Shown in pieces: positions 44,701 to 59,700 of a stretch of DNA of 64,000 bases. The stretch is from NCBI GenBank assembly GCA_965235115.1, contig OZ249436.1, positions 12,030,001 to 12,094,000 on the forward strand. The letters run 5' to 3'. Origin of the DNA: Laetmonice hystrix. Lineage: Eukaryota. Every line of letters starts with the position of its first letter. Position 1 is the stretch's first letter. The position numbers were made by a program, and so were the translations under genes. The notes under the pieces were generated by a model that saw nothing but the letters and a program-made list of their open reading frames with translations, did not search any database and had not been told where the DNA came from.

Positions 44701-47700
44701 GGAGTAAATGATAGAGCAAACGTATGGCCTGCCTCCTGGACAATACAGGCATGGAAACATGAAACATGAAGCGTCCTTATACTACTGGCTACTGTCGTAT
44801 AGAAGCAAACAGTACAGTGAGGCCAAAGAGTACAGGGAGGGCAAAGAGTACTGTGAGGAATCCCTGCTAACCTAGTACCCAAGCGAACACTACAGTGAGG
44901 CCAAGCACTACAGTGAGGCTAAACAGCATACTATCGGGCCAAGCAGTGTGGGAGGCCAAACAGTACAGTGAGGACTCCCTACATCTTACCGGCTGGCCTA
45001 GTACCAATGCAAACAGTACAGTGAGAAAGTGGAAATGAAAGGTACAGACGAGGAGCATCTAATGTTAAAATTTTGAGAATATACTGAAATGTGAAGTATA
45101 CAGATCACAACCATTTTAGTATTTTCTCCAAAGCGAACGTACGAGACCTATACGGTTGACCGTTATACATCTGGCCTAAGAATCATAATTTTGGGGCCGT
45201 AGTTTCAATTTGACGTATCAAAAATGTAGCCAATTTTCGCTTATAATTGCATTAACCTGTCTTTCGCCTAAGGGTCACATGTGCCTGCCAGCCCGGCCAG
45301 GTATACGTGGTGATTCCACCGGTAGCCGGAAGGTGGCAGTGCAGTCGCAGCCGACGCTTCAGTACAGTACCCTGGTGTTTCCCTGCAACATCTCTGTAAT
45401 CTTTTTTTTAGTTGGGGATGGGATATCTGATATAAGAAAGGCGGACAAGGTCATTTGCATTGTTAATTAAACATTTACGGCAAACAGCTATTTGGACTAC
45501 CTGACAACGTTGTCGGGCGCTTACAGATGGTCTGTAGGGGACAGACATTTGATGGGAGTAAATGATAGACCAAACGTATGGCCTGCCTCCTGGACAATAC
45601 AAGCATGGAAACATGAAACATGAAGCGTCCTTATACTACTGGCTACTGTCGTAAAAAAGCAAACAGTACAGTGAGGCCAAAGAGTACAGGGAGGGCAAAG
45701 AGTACTGTGAGGAATCCCTGCTAACCTAGTACCCAAGCGAACACTACAGTGAGGCCGAGCGCTACAGTGAGGCTAAACAGCATACTGTCGGGCCAAGCAG
45801 TGTGGGAGGCCAAACAGTACAGTGATACTCCCTACATCTTACGGCAACCCTAGTACCAAAGCAAACAGTAGAGTGAGGCAGTGAAAATGAAAGGTACAGA
45901 CGAGGAGCATCTAATGTTAAAATTTTGAGAATATACTGAAATGTGAAGTATACAGATCACAACCATTTCAGTATTTTCTCCAAAGCGAACGTACGAGACC
46001 TATGCGGTTGACCGTTATACATCTGGCCTAAGAATCATAATTTTGGGGCCGTAGTTTCAATTTGACGTATCAAAAATGTAGCCAATTTTCGCTTATAATT
46101 GCATTAACCTGTCTTTCGCCTAAGGGTCACATGTGCCTGCCAGCCCGGCCAGGTATACGTGGTGATTCCACCGGTAGCCGGAAGGTGGCAGTGCAGTCGT
46201 AGCCGACGCTTCAGTACAGTACCCTGGCGTTTCCCTACAACATCTCTGTAATCTTTTTTTAGTTGGGGATGGGATATCTGATATAAGAAAGGCGTACAAG
46301 GTCATTTGCATTGTTAATTAAACCTTTACGGCAAACAGCTATTTAGACTACCTGACAACGTTGTCGGGCGCTAACAGATGGTCTGTAGTGGACAGACATT
46401 AGATGGGAGTAAATGATAGACCAAACGTATGGCCTGCCTCCTGGACAATACAGGCATGGAAACATGAAACATGAAGCGTCCTTATACTACTGGCTACTGT
46501 CGTATAGAAGCAGACAGTACAGTGAGGCCAAAGAGTACAGGGAGGGCAAAGAGTACTGTGAGGAATCCCTGCTAACCTAGTACCCAAGCGAAATCTACAG
46601 TGAGGCCAAGCACTACAGTGAGGCTAAACAGCATACTATCGGGCCAAGCAGTGTGGGAGGCCAAACAATGCAGTGATACTCCCTACATCTTACGGCAACC
46701 CTAGTACCAAAGCAAAGAGTACAGTGAGGCAGTGGAAATGAAAGGTACAGAGGAGGAGCATCTACTGTTAAAATTTTGAGAAAATACTGAAATGTGAAGT
46801 ATACATATCACAACCATTTCAGTATTTTCTCCAAAGCGAACGTACGAGACCTATACGGTTGACCGTTATACATCTGGCCTAAGATTAATAATTTTTGGGC
46901 CGTAGTTTCAATTTGACGTATCAAAAATGTAGCCAATTTTCGCTTATAATTGCATTAACCTGTCTTTCGCCTAAGGGTCACATGTGCCTGCCAGCCCGGC
47001 CAGGTATACGTGGTGATTCCACCGGTAGCCGGAAGGTGGCAGTGCAGTCGCAGCCGACGCTTCAGTACAGTACCCTGGTGTTTCCCTGCAGCATCTCTGT
47101 AATCTTTTTTTAGTTGGGGATGGGATATCTGATATAAGAAAGGCGGACAAGGTCATTTGCATTGTTAATTAAACATTTACGGCAAACAGCTATTTGGACT
47201 ACATGACAACGTTGTCGGGCGCTTACAGTTGGTCTGTAGGGGACAGACATTTGATGGGAGTAAATGATAGAGCAAACGTATGGCCTGCCTCCTGGACAAT
47301 ACAGGCATGGAAACATGAAACATGAAGCGTTCTTATACTACTGGCTACTGTCGTATAGAAGCAAACAGTACAGTGAGGCCAAAGAGTACAGGGAGGGCAA
47401 AGAGTACTGTGAGGAATCCCTGCTAACCTAGTACCCAAGCGAACACTACAGTGAGGCCAAGCACTACAGTGAGGCTAAACAGCATACTATCGGGCCAAGC
47501 AGTGTGGGAGGCCAAACAGTACAGTGAGGACTCCCTACATCTTACCGGCTGGCCTAGTACCAATGCAAACAGTACAGTGAGAAAGTGGAAATGAAAGGTA
47601 CAGACGAGGAGCATCTAATGTTAAAATTTTGAGAATATACTGAAATGTGAAGTATACAGATCACAACCATTTTAGTATTTTCTCCAAAGCGAACGTACGA

Positions 47701-50700
47701 GACCTATACGGTTGACCGTTATACATCTGGCCTAAGAATCATAATTTTGGGGCCGTAGTTTCAATTTGACGTATCAAAAATGTAGCCAATTTTCGCTTAT
47801 AATTGCATTAACCTGTCTTTCGCCTAAGGGTCACATGTGCCTGCCAGCCCGGCCAGGTATACGTGGTGATTCCACCGGTAGCCGGAAGGTGGCAGTGCAG
47901 TCGTAGCCGACGCTTCAGTACAGTACCCTGGCGTTTCCCTACAACATCTCTGTAATCTTTTTTTAGTTGGGGATGGGATATCTGATATAAGAAAGGCGTA
48001 CACGGTCATTTGCATTGTTAATTAAACCTTTACGGCAAACAGCTATTTAGACTACCTGACAACGTTGTCGGGCGCTAACAGATGGTCTGTAGTGGACAGA
48101 CATTAGATGGGAGTAAATGATAGACCAAACGTATGGCCTGCCTCCTGGACAATACAAGCATGGAAACATGAAACATGAAGCGTCCTTATACTACTGGCTA
48201 CTGTCGTAAAAAAGCAAACAGTACAGTGAGGCCAAAGAGTACAGGGAGGGCAAAGAGTACTGTGAGGAATCCCTGCTAACCTAGTACCCAAGCGAACACT
48301 ACAGTGAGGCCGAGCGCTACAGTGAGGCTAAACAGCATACTGTCGGGCCAAGCAGTGTGGGAGGCCAAACAGTACAGTGATACTCCCTACATCTTACGGC
48401 AACCCTAGTACCAAAGCAAACAGTAGAGTGAGGCAGTGAAAATGAAAGGTACAGACGAGGAGCATCTAATGTTAAAATTTTGAGAAAATACTGAAATGTG
48501 AAGTATACATATCACAACCATTTCAGTATTTTCTCCAAAGCGAACGTACGAGACCTATACGGTTGACCGTTATACATCTGACCTAAGAATAATAATTTTT
48601 GGGCCGTAGTTTCAATTTGACGTATCAAAAATGAAACCATTTTTCGCTTATAATTGCATTAACCTGTCTTTCGCCTAAGGGTCGCAGGTGCCTGCCAGCA
48701 CGGCCAGGTATACGTGGTGATTCCACCGGTAGCCGGAAGGTGGCAGTGCAGTCGCAGCCGACGCTTCAGTACAGTACCCTGGTGTTTCCCTGCAACATCT
48801 CTGTAATCTTTTTTTAGTTGGGGATGGGATATCTGAAATAAGAAAGGCGTACAAGGTCATTTGCATTGTTAATTAAACATTTACGGCAAACAGCTATTTG
48901 GACTACCTGACAACGTTGTCGGTCGCTTACAGATGGTCTGTAGGGGACAGACATATTAGATGGGAGTAAATGATAGAGCAAACGTATGGCCTGCCTCCTG
49001 GACAATACAGGCATGGAAACATGAAACATGAAGCGTCCTTATACTACTGGCTACTGTCGTATAGAAGCAAACAGTACAGTGAGGCCAAAGAGTACAGGGA
49101 GGGCAAAGAGTACTGTGAGGAATCCCTGCTAACCTAGTACCCAAGCGAACACTACAGTGAGGCCAAGCACTACAGTGAGGCTAAACAGCATACTATCGGG
49201 CCAAGCAGTGTGGGAGGCCAAACAGTACAGTGAGGACTCCCTACATCTTACCGGCTGGCCTAGTACCAATGCAAACAGTACAGTGAGAAAGTGGAAATGA
49301 AAGGTACAGACGAGGAGCATCTAATGTTAAAATTTTGAGAATATACTGAAATGTGAAGTATACAGATCACAACCATTTTAGTATTTTCTCCAAAGCGAAC
49401 GTACGAGACCTATACGGTTGACCGTTATACATCTGGCCTAAGAATCATAATTTTGGGGCCGTAGTTTCAATTTGACGTATCAAAAATGTAGCCAATTTTC
49501 GCTTATAATTGCATTAACCTGTCTTTCGCCTAAGGGTCACATGTGCCTGCCAGCCCGGCCAGGTATACGTGGTGATTCCACCGGTAGCCGGAAGGTGGCA
49601 GTGCAGTCGTAGCCGACGCTTCAGTACAGTACCCTGGCGTTTCCCTACAACATCTCTGTAATCTTTTTTTAGTTGGGGATGGGATATCTGATATAAGAAA
49701 GGCGTACACGGTCATTTGCATTGTTAATTAAACCTTTACGGCAAACAGCTATTTAGACTACCTGACAACGTTGTCGGGCGCTAACAGATGGTCTGTAGTG
49801 GACAGACATTAGATGGGAGTAAATGATAGACCAAACGTATGGCCTGCCTCCTGGACAATACAAGCATGGAAACATGAAACATGAAGCGTCCTTATACTAC
49901 TGGCTACTGTCGTAAAAAAGCAAACAGTACAGTGAGGCCAAAGAGTACAGGGAGGGCAAAGAGTACTGTGAGGAATCCCTGCTAACCTAGTACCCAAGCG
50001 AACACTACAGTGAGGCCGAGCGCTACAGTGAGGCTAAACAGCATACTGTCGGGCCAAGCAGTGTGGGAGGCCAAACAGTACAGTGATACTCCCTACATCT
50101 TACGGCAACCCTAGTACCAAAGCAAACAGTAGAGTGAGGCAGTGAAAATGAAAGGTACAGACGAGGAGCATCTAATGTTAAAATTTTGAGAAAATACTGA
50201 AATGTGAAGTATACATATCACAACCATTTCAGTATTTTCTCCAAAGCGAACGTACGAGACCTATACGGTTGACCGTTATACATCTGACCTAAGAATAATA
50301 ATTTTTGGGCCGTAGTTTCAATTTGACGTATCAAAAATGAAACCATTTTTCGCTTATAATTGCATTAACCTGTCTTTCGCCTAAGGGTCGCAGGTGCCTG
50401 CCAGCACGGCCAGGTATACGTGGTGATTCCACCGGTAGCCGGAAGGTGGCAGTGCAGTCGCAGCCGACGCTTCAGTACAGTACCCTGGTGTTTCCCTGCA
50501 ACATCTCTGTAATCTTTTTTTAGTTGGGGATGGGATATCTGAAATAAGAAAGGCGTACAAGGTCATTTGCATTGTTAATTAAACATTTACGGCAAACAGC
50601 TATTTGGACTACCTGACAACGTTGTCGGTCGCTTACAGATGGTCTGTAGGGGACAGACATATTAGATGGGAGTAAATGATAGAGCAAACGTATGGCCTGC

Positions 50701-53700
50701 CTCCTGGACAATACAGGCATGGAAACATGAAACATGAAGCGTCCTTATACTACTGGCTACTGTCGTATAGAAGCAAACAGTACAGTGAGGCCAAAGAGTA
50801 CAGGGAGGGCAAAGAGTACTGTGAGGAATCCCTGCTAACCTAGTACCCAAGCGAACACTACAGTGAGGCCAAGCACTACAGTGAGGCTAAACAGCATACT
50901 ATCGGGCCAAGCAGTGTGGGAGGCCAAACAGTACAGTGAGGACTCCCTACATCTTACCGGCTGGCCTAGTACCAATGCAAACAGTACAGTGAGAAAGTGG
51001 AAATGAAAGGTACAGACGAGGAGCATCTAATGTTAAAATTTTGAGAATATACTGAAATGTGAAGTATACAGATCACAACCATTTTAGTATTTTCTCCAAA
51101 GCGAACGTACGAGACCTATACGGTTGACCGTTATACATCTGGCCTAAGAATCATAATTTTGGGGCCGTAGTTTCAATTTGACGTATCAAAAATGTAGCCA
51201 ATTTTCGCTTATAATTGCATTAACCTGTCTTTCGCCTAAGGGTCACATGTGCCTGCCAGCCCGGCCAGGTATACGTGGTGATTCCACCGGTAGCCGGAAG
51301 GTGGCAGTGCAGTCGCAGCCGACGCTTCAGTACAGTACCCTGGTGTTTCCCTGCAACATCTCTGTAATCTTTTTTTTAGTTGGGGATGGGATATCTGATA
51401 TAAGAAAGGCGGACAAGGTCATTTGCATTGTTAATTAAACATTTACGGCAAACAGCTATTTGGACTACCTGACAACGTTGTCGGGCGCTTACAGATGGTC
51501 TGTAGGGGACAGACATTTGATGGGAGTAAATGATAGACCAAACGTATGGCCTGCCTCCTGGACAATACAAGCATGGAAACATGAAACATGAAGCGTCCTT
51601 ATACTACTGGCTACTGTCGTAAAAAAGCAAACAGTACAGTGAGGCCAAAGAGTACAGGGAGGGCAAAGAGTACTGTGAGGAATCCCTGCTAACCTAGTAC
51701 CCAAGCGAACACTACAGTGAGGCCGAGCGCTACAGTGAGGCTAAACAGCATACTGTCGGGCCAAGCAGTGTGGGAGGCCAAACAGTACAGTGATACTCCC
51801 TACATCTTACGGCAACCCTAGTACCAAAGCAAACAGTAGAGTGAGGCAGTGAAAATGAAAGGTACAGACGAGGAGCATCTAATGTTAAAATTTTGAGAAA
51901 ATACTGAAATGTGAAGTATACATATCACAACCATTTCAGTATTTTCTCCAAAGCGAACGTACGAGGCCTATACGGTTGACCGTTATACATCTGACCTAAG
52001 AATAATAATTTTTGGGCCGTAGTTTCAATTTGACGTATCAAAAATGAAACCACTTTTCGCTTATAATTGCATTAACCTGTCTTTCGCCTAAGGGTCGCAG
52101 GTGCCTGCCAGCACGGCCAGGTATACGTGGTGATTCCACCGGTAGCCGGAATGTGGCAGTGCAGTGGCAGCCGACGCTTCAGTACAGTACCCTGGTGTTT
52201 TCCTGCAACATCTCTGTAATCTTTTTTTTAGTTGGGGATGGGATATCTGATATAAGAAAGGCGTACAAGGTCATTTGCATTGTTAATTAAACCTTTACGG
52301 CAAACAGCTATTTGGACTACCTGACAACGTTGTCGGGCACTTACAGTTGGTCTGTAGGGGACAGACATTTGATGGGAGTAAATGATAGAGCAAACGTATG
52401 GCCTGCCTCCTGGACAATACAGGCATGGAAACATGAAACATGAAGCGTTCTTATACTACTGGCTACTGTCGTATAGAAGCAAACAGTACAGTGAGGCCAA
52501 AGAGTACAGGGAGGGCAAAGAGTACTGTGAGGAATCCCTGCTAACCTAGTACCCAAGCGAACACTACAGTGAGGCCAAGCACTACAGTGAGGCTAAACAG
52601 CATACTGTCGGGCCAAACAGTGTGGGAGGCCAAACAGTACAGTGAGGACTCCCTACATCTTACCGGCTGGCCTAGTACCAATGCAAACAGTACAGTGAGA
52701 AAGTGGAAATGAAAGGTACAGACGAGGAGCATCTAATGTTAAAATTTTGAGAATATACTGAAATGTGAAGTATACAGATCACAACCATTTCAGTATTTTC
52801 TCCAAAGCGAACGTACGAGACCTATGCGGTTGACCGTTATACATCTGGCCTAAGAATCATAATTTTGGGGCCGTAGTTTCAATTTGACGTATCAAAAATG
52901 TAGCCAATTTTCGCTTATAATTGCATTAACCTGTCTTTCGCCTAAGGGTCACATGTGCCTGCCAGCCCGGCCAGGTATACGTGGTGATTCCACCGGTAGC
53001 CGGAAGGTGGCAGTGCAGTCGTAGCCGACGCTTCAGTACAGTACCCTGGCGTTTCCCTACAACATCTCTGTAATCTTTTTTTAGTTGGGGATGGGATATC
53101 TGATATAAGAAAGGCGTACAAGGTCATTTGCATTGTTAATTAAACCTTTACGGCAAACAGCTATTTAGACTACCTGACAACGTTGTCGGGCGCTAACAGA
53201 TGGTCTGTAGTGGACAGACATTAGATGGGAGTAAATGATAGACCAAACGTATGGCCTGCCTCCTGGACAATACAGGCATGGAAACATGAAACATGAAGCG
53301 TCCTTATACTACTGGCTACTGTCGTATAGAAGCAGACAGTACAGTGAGGCCAAAGAGTACAGGGAGGGCAAAGAGTACTGTGAGGAATCCCTGCTAACCT
53401 AGTACCCAAGCGAAATCTACAGTGAGGCCAAGCACTACAGTGAGGCTAAACAGCATACTATCGGGCCAAGCAGTGTGGGAGGCCAAACAATGCAGTGATA
53501 CTCCCTACATCTTACGGCAACCCTAGTACCAAAGCAAAGAGTACAGTGAGGCAGTGGAAATGAAAGGTACAGAGGAGGAGCATCTACTGTTAAAATTTTG
53601 AGAAAATACTGAAATGTGAAGTATACATATCACAACCATTTCAGTATTTTCTCCAAAGCGAACGTACGAGACCTATACGGTTGACCGTTATACATCTGGC

Positions 53701-56700
53701 CTAAGATTAATAATTTTTGGGCCGTAGTTTCAATTTGACGTATCAAAAATGTAGCCAATTTTCGCTTATAATTGCATTAACCTGTCTTTCGCCTAAGGGT
53801 CACATGTGCCTGCCAGCCCGGCCAGGTATACGTGGTGATTCCACCGGTAGCCGGAAGGTGGCAGTGCAGTCGCAGCCGACGCTTCAGTACAGTACCCTGG
53901 TGTTTCCCTGCAGCATCTCTGTAATCTTTTTTTAGTTGGGGATGGAATATCTGGTATAAGAAAGGCGTACAAGGTCATTTGCATTGTTAATTAAACCTTT
54001 ACGGCAAACAGCTATTTAGACTACCTGACAACGTTGTCGGGCGCTAACAGATGGTCTGTAGTGACCAGACATTAGATGGGATTAAATCATAGACCAAACG
54101 TATGGCCTGCCTCCTGGACAATACAAGCATGGAAACATGAAACATGAAGCGTCCTTATACTACTGGCTACTGTCGTATAGAAGCAAACAGTACAGTGAGG
54201 CCAAAGAGTACATGGAGGGCAAAGAGTACTGTGAGGAATCCCTGCTAACCTAGTACCCAAGCGAACACTACAGTGAGGCCAAGCACTACAGTAAGGCTAA
54301 ACAGCATACTGTCGGGCCAAGCAGTGTGGGAGGCCATACAGTACAGTGATACTCCCTACATCTTACGGCAACCCTAGTACCAAAGCAAACAGTACAGTGA
54401 GGCAGTGGAAATGAAAGGTACAGACGAGGAGCATCTAATGTTAAAATTTTGAGAAAATACTGAAATGTGAAGTATACATATCACAACCATTTCAGTATTT
54501 TCTCCAAAGCGAACGTACGAGACCTATACGGTTGACCGTTATACATCTGACCTAAGAATAATAATTTTTGGGCCGTAGTTTCAATTTGACGTATCAAAAA
54601 TGAAACCATTTTTCGCTTATAATTGCATTAACCTGTCTTTCGCCTAAGGGTCGCAGGTGCCTGCCAGCACGGCCAGGTATACGTGGTGATTCCACCGGTA
54701 GCCGGAAGGTGGCAGTGCAGTCGCAGCCGACGCTTCAGTACAGTACCCTGGTGTTTCCCTGCAACATCTCTGTAATCTTTTTTTAGTTGGGGATGGGATA
54801 TCTGAAATAAGAAAGGCGTACAAGGTCATTTGCATTGTTAATTAAACATTTACGGCAAACAGCTATTTGGACTACCTGACAACGTTGTCGGTCGCTTACA
54901 GATGGTCTGTAGGGGACAGACATATTAGATGGGAGTAAATGATAGAGCAAACGTATGGCCTGCCTCCTGGACAATACAGGCATGGAAACATGAAACATGA
55001 AGCGTCCTTATACTACTGGCTACTGTCGTATAGAAGCAAACAGTACAGTGAGGCCAAAGAGTACAGGGAGGGCAAAGAGTACTGTGAGGAATCCCTGCTA
55101 ACCTAGTACCCAAGCGAACACTACAGTGAGGCCAAGCACTACAGTGAGGCTAAACAGCATACTATCGGGCCAAGCAGTGTGGGAGGCCAAACAGTACAGT
55201 GAGGACTCCCTACATCTTACCGGCTGGCCTAGTACCAATGCAAACAGTACAGTGAGAAAGTGGAAATGAAAGGTACAGACGAGGAGCATCTAATGTTAAA
55301 ATTTTGAGAATATACTGAAATGTGAAGTATACAGATCACAACCATTTTAGTATTTTCTCCAAAGCGAACGTACGAGACCTATACGGTTGACCGTTATACA
55401 TCTGGCCTAAGAATCATAATTTTGGGGCCGTAGTTTCAATTTGACGTATCAAAAATGTAGCCAATTTTCGCTTATAATTGCATTAACCTGTCTTTCGCCT
55501 AAGGGTCACATGTGCCTGCCAGCCCGGCCAGGTATACGTGGTGATTCCACCGGTAGCCGGAAGGTGGCAGTGCAGTCGTAGCCGACGCTTCAGTACAGTA
55601 CCCTGGCGTTTCCCTACAACATCTCTGTAATCTTTTTTTAGTTGGGGATGGGATATCTGATATAAGAAAGGCGTACACGGTCATTTGCATTGTTAATTAA
55701 ACCTTTACGGCAAACAGCTATTTAGACTACCTGACAACGTTGTCGGGCGCTAACAGATGGTCTGTAGTGGACAGACATTAGATGGGAGTAAATGATAGAC
55801 CAAACGTATGGCCTGCCTCCTGGACAATACAAGCATGGAAACATGAAACATGAAGCGTCCTTATACTACTGGCTACTGTCGTAAAAAAGCAAACAGTACA
55901 GTGAGGCCAAAGAGTACAGGGAGGGCAAAGAGTACTGTGAGGAATCCCTGCTAACCTAGTACCCAAGCGAACACTACAGTGAGGCCGAGCGCTACAGTGA
56001 GGCTAAACAGCATACTGTCGGGCCAAGCAGTGTGGGAGGCCAAACAGTACAGTGATACTCCCTACATCTTACGGCAACCCTAGTACCAAAGCAAACAGTA
56101 GAGTGAGGCAGTGAAAATGAAAGGTACAGACGAGGAGCATCTAATGTTAAAATTTTGAGAAAATACTGAAATGTGAAGTATACATATCACAACCATTTCA
56201 GTATTTTCTCCAAAGCGAACGTACGAGACCTATACGGTTGACCGTTATACATCTGACCTAAGAATAATAATTTTTGGGCCGTAGTTTCAATTTGACGTAT
56301 CAAAAATGAAACCATTTTTCGCTTATAATTGCATTAACCTGTCTTTCGCCTAAGGGTCGCAGGTGCCTGCCAGCACGGCCAGGTATACGTGGTGATTCCA
56401 CCGGTAGCCGGAAGGTGGCAGTGCAGTCGCAGCCGACGCTTCAGTACAGTACCCTGGTGTTTCCCTGCAACATCTCTGTAATCTTTTTTTAGTTGGGGAT
56501 GGGATATCTGAAATAAGAAAGGCGTACAAGGTCATTTGCATTGTTAATTAAACATTTACGGCAAACAGCTATTTGGACTACCTGACAACGTTGTCGGTCG
56601 CTTACAGATGGTCTGTAGGGGACAGACATATTAGATGGGAGTAAATGATAGAGCAAACGTATGGCCTGCCTCCTGGACAATACAGGCATGGAAACATGAA

Positions 56701-59700
56701 ACATGAAGCGTCCTTATACTACTGGCTACTGTCGTATAGAAGCAAACAGTACAGTGAGGCCAAAGAGTACAGGGAGGGCAAAGAGTACTGTGAGGAATCC
56801 CTGCTAACCTAGTACCCAAGCGAACACTACAGTGAGGCCAAGCACTACAGTGAGGCTAAACAGCATACTATCGGGCCAAGCAGTGTGGGAGGCCAAACAG
56901 TACAGTGAGGACTCCCTACATCTTACCGGCTGGCCTAGTACCAATGCAAACAGTACAGTGAGAAAGTGGAAATGAAAGGTACAGACGAGGAGCATCTAAT
57001 GTTAAAATTTTGAGAATATACTGAAATGTGAAGTATACAGATCACAACCATTTTAGTATTTTCTCCAAAGCGAACGTACGAGACCTATACGGTTGACCGT
57101 TATACATCTGGCCTAAGAATCATAATTTTGGGGCCGTAGTTTCAATTTGACGTATCAAAAATGTAGCCAATTTTCGCTTATAATTGCATTAACCTGTCTT
57201 TCGCCTAAGGGTCACATGTGCCTGCCAGCCCGGCCAGGTATACGTGGTGATTCCACCGGTAGCCGGAAGGTGGCAGTGCAGTCGCAGCCGACGCTTCAGT
57301 ACAGTACCCTGGTGTTTCCCTGCAACATCTCTGTAATCTTTTTTTTAGTTGGGGATGGGATATCTGATATAAGAAAGGCGGACAAGGTCATTTGCATTGT
57401 TAATTAAACATTTACGGCAAACAGCTATTTGGACTACCTGACAACGTTGTCGGGCGCTTACAGATGGTCTGTAGGGGACAGACATTTGATGGGAGTAAAT
57501 GATAGACCAAACGTATGGCCTGCCTCCTGGACAATACAAGCATGGAAACATGAAACATGAAGCGTCCTTATACTACTGGCTACTGTCGTAAAAAAGCAAA
57601 CAGTACAGTGAGGCCAAAGAGTACAGGGAGGGCAAAGAGTACTGTGAGGAATCCCTGCTAACCTAGTACCCAAGCGAACACTACAGTGAGGCCGAGCGCT
57701 ACAGTGAGGCTAAACAGCATACTGTCGGGCCAAGCAGTGTGGGAGGCCAAACAGTACAGTGATACTCCCTACATCTTACGGCAACCCTAGTACCAAAGCA
57801 AACAGTAGAGTGAGGCAGTGAAAATGAAAGGTACAGACGAGGAGCATCTAATGTTAAAATTTTGAGAATATACTGAAATGTGAAGTATACAGATCACAAC
57901 CATTTCAGTATTTTCTCCAAAGCGAACGTACGAGACCTATGCGGTTGACCGTTATACATCTGGCCTAAGAATCATAATTTTGGGGCCGTAGTTTCAATTT
58001 GACGTATCAAAAATGTAGCCAATTTTCGCTTATAATTGCATTAACCTGTCTTTCGCCTAAGGGTCACATGTGCCTGCCAGCCCGGCCAGGTATACGTGGT
58101 GATTCCACCGGTAGCCGGAAGGTGGCAGTGCAGTCGTAGCCGACGCTTCAGTACAGTACCCTGGCGTTTCCCTACAACATCTCTGTAATCTTTTTTTAGT
58201 TGGGGATGGGATATCTGATATAAGAAAGGCGTACAAGGTCATTTGCATTGTTAATTAAACCTTTACGGCAAACAGCTATTTAGACTACCTGACAACGTTG
58301 TCGGGCGCTAACAGATGGTCTGTAGTGGACAGACATTAGATGGGAGTAAATGATAGACCAAACGTATGGCCTGCCTCCTGGACAATACAGGCATGGAAAC
58401 ATGAAACATGAAGCGTCCTTATACTACTGGCTACTGTCGTATAGAAGCAGACAGTACAGTGAGGCCAAAGAGTACAGGGAGGGCAAAGAGTACTGTGAGG
58501 AATCCCTGCTAACCTAGTACCCAAGCGAAATCTACAGTGAGGCCAAGCACTACAGTGAGGCTAAACAGCATACTATCGGGCCAAGCAGTGTGGGAGGCCA
58601 AACAATGCAGTGATACTCCCTACATCTTACGGCAACCCTAGTACCAAAGCAAAGAGTACAGTGAGGCAGTGGAAATGAAAGGTACAGAGGAGGAGCATCT
58701 ACTGTTAAAATTTTGAGAAAATACTGAAATGTGAAGTATACATATCACAACCATTTCAGTATTTTCTCCAAAGCGAACGTACGAGACCTATACGGTTGAC
58801 CGTTATACATCTGGCCTAAGATTAATAATTTTTGGGCCGTAGTTTCAATTTGACGTATCAAAAATGTAGCCAATTTTCGCTTATAATTGCATTAACCTGT
58901 CTTTCGCCTAAGGGTCACATGTGCCTGCCAGCCCGGCCAGGTATACGTGGTGATTCCACCGGTAGCCGGAAGGTGGCAGTGCAGTCGCAGCCGACGCTTC
59001 AGTACAGTACCCTGGTGTTTCCCTGCAGCATCTCTGTAATCTTTTTTTAGTTGGGGATGGAATATCTGGTATAAGAAAGGCGTACAAGGTCATTTGCATT
59101 GTTAATTAAACCTTTACGGCAAACAGCTATTTAGACTACCTGACAACGTTGTCGGGCGCTAACAGATGGTCTGTAGTGACCAGACATTAGATGGGATTAA
59201 ATCATAGACCAAACGTATGGCCTGCCTCCTGGACAATACAAGCATGGAAACATGAAACATGAAGCGTCCTTATACTACTGGCTACTGTCGTATAGAAGCA
59301 AACAGTACAGTGAGGCCAAAGAGTACATGGAGGGCAAAGAGTACTGTGAGGAATCCCTGCTAACCTAGTACCCAAGCGAACACTACAGTGAGGCCAAGCA
59401 CTACAGTAAGGCTAAACAGCATACTGTCGGGCCAAGCAGTGTGGGAGGCCATACAGTACAGTGATACTCCCTATATCTTACGGCAACCCTAGTACCAAAG
59501 CAAACAGTACAGTGAGGCAGTGGAAATGAAAGGTACAGACGAGGAGCATCTAATGTTAAAATTTTGAGAAAATACTGAAATGTGAAGTATACATATCACA
59601 ACCATTTCAGTATTTTCTCCAAAGCGAACGTACGAGACCTATACGGTTGACCGTTATACATCTGACCTAAGAATAATAATTTTTGGGCCGTAGTTTCAAT

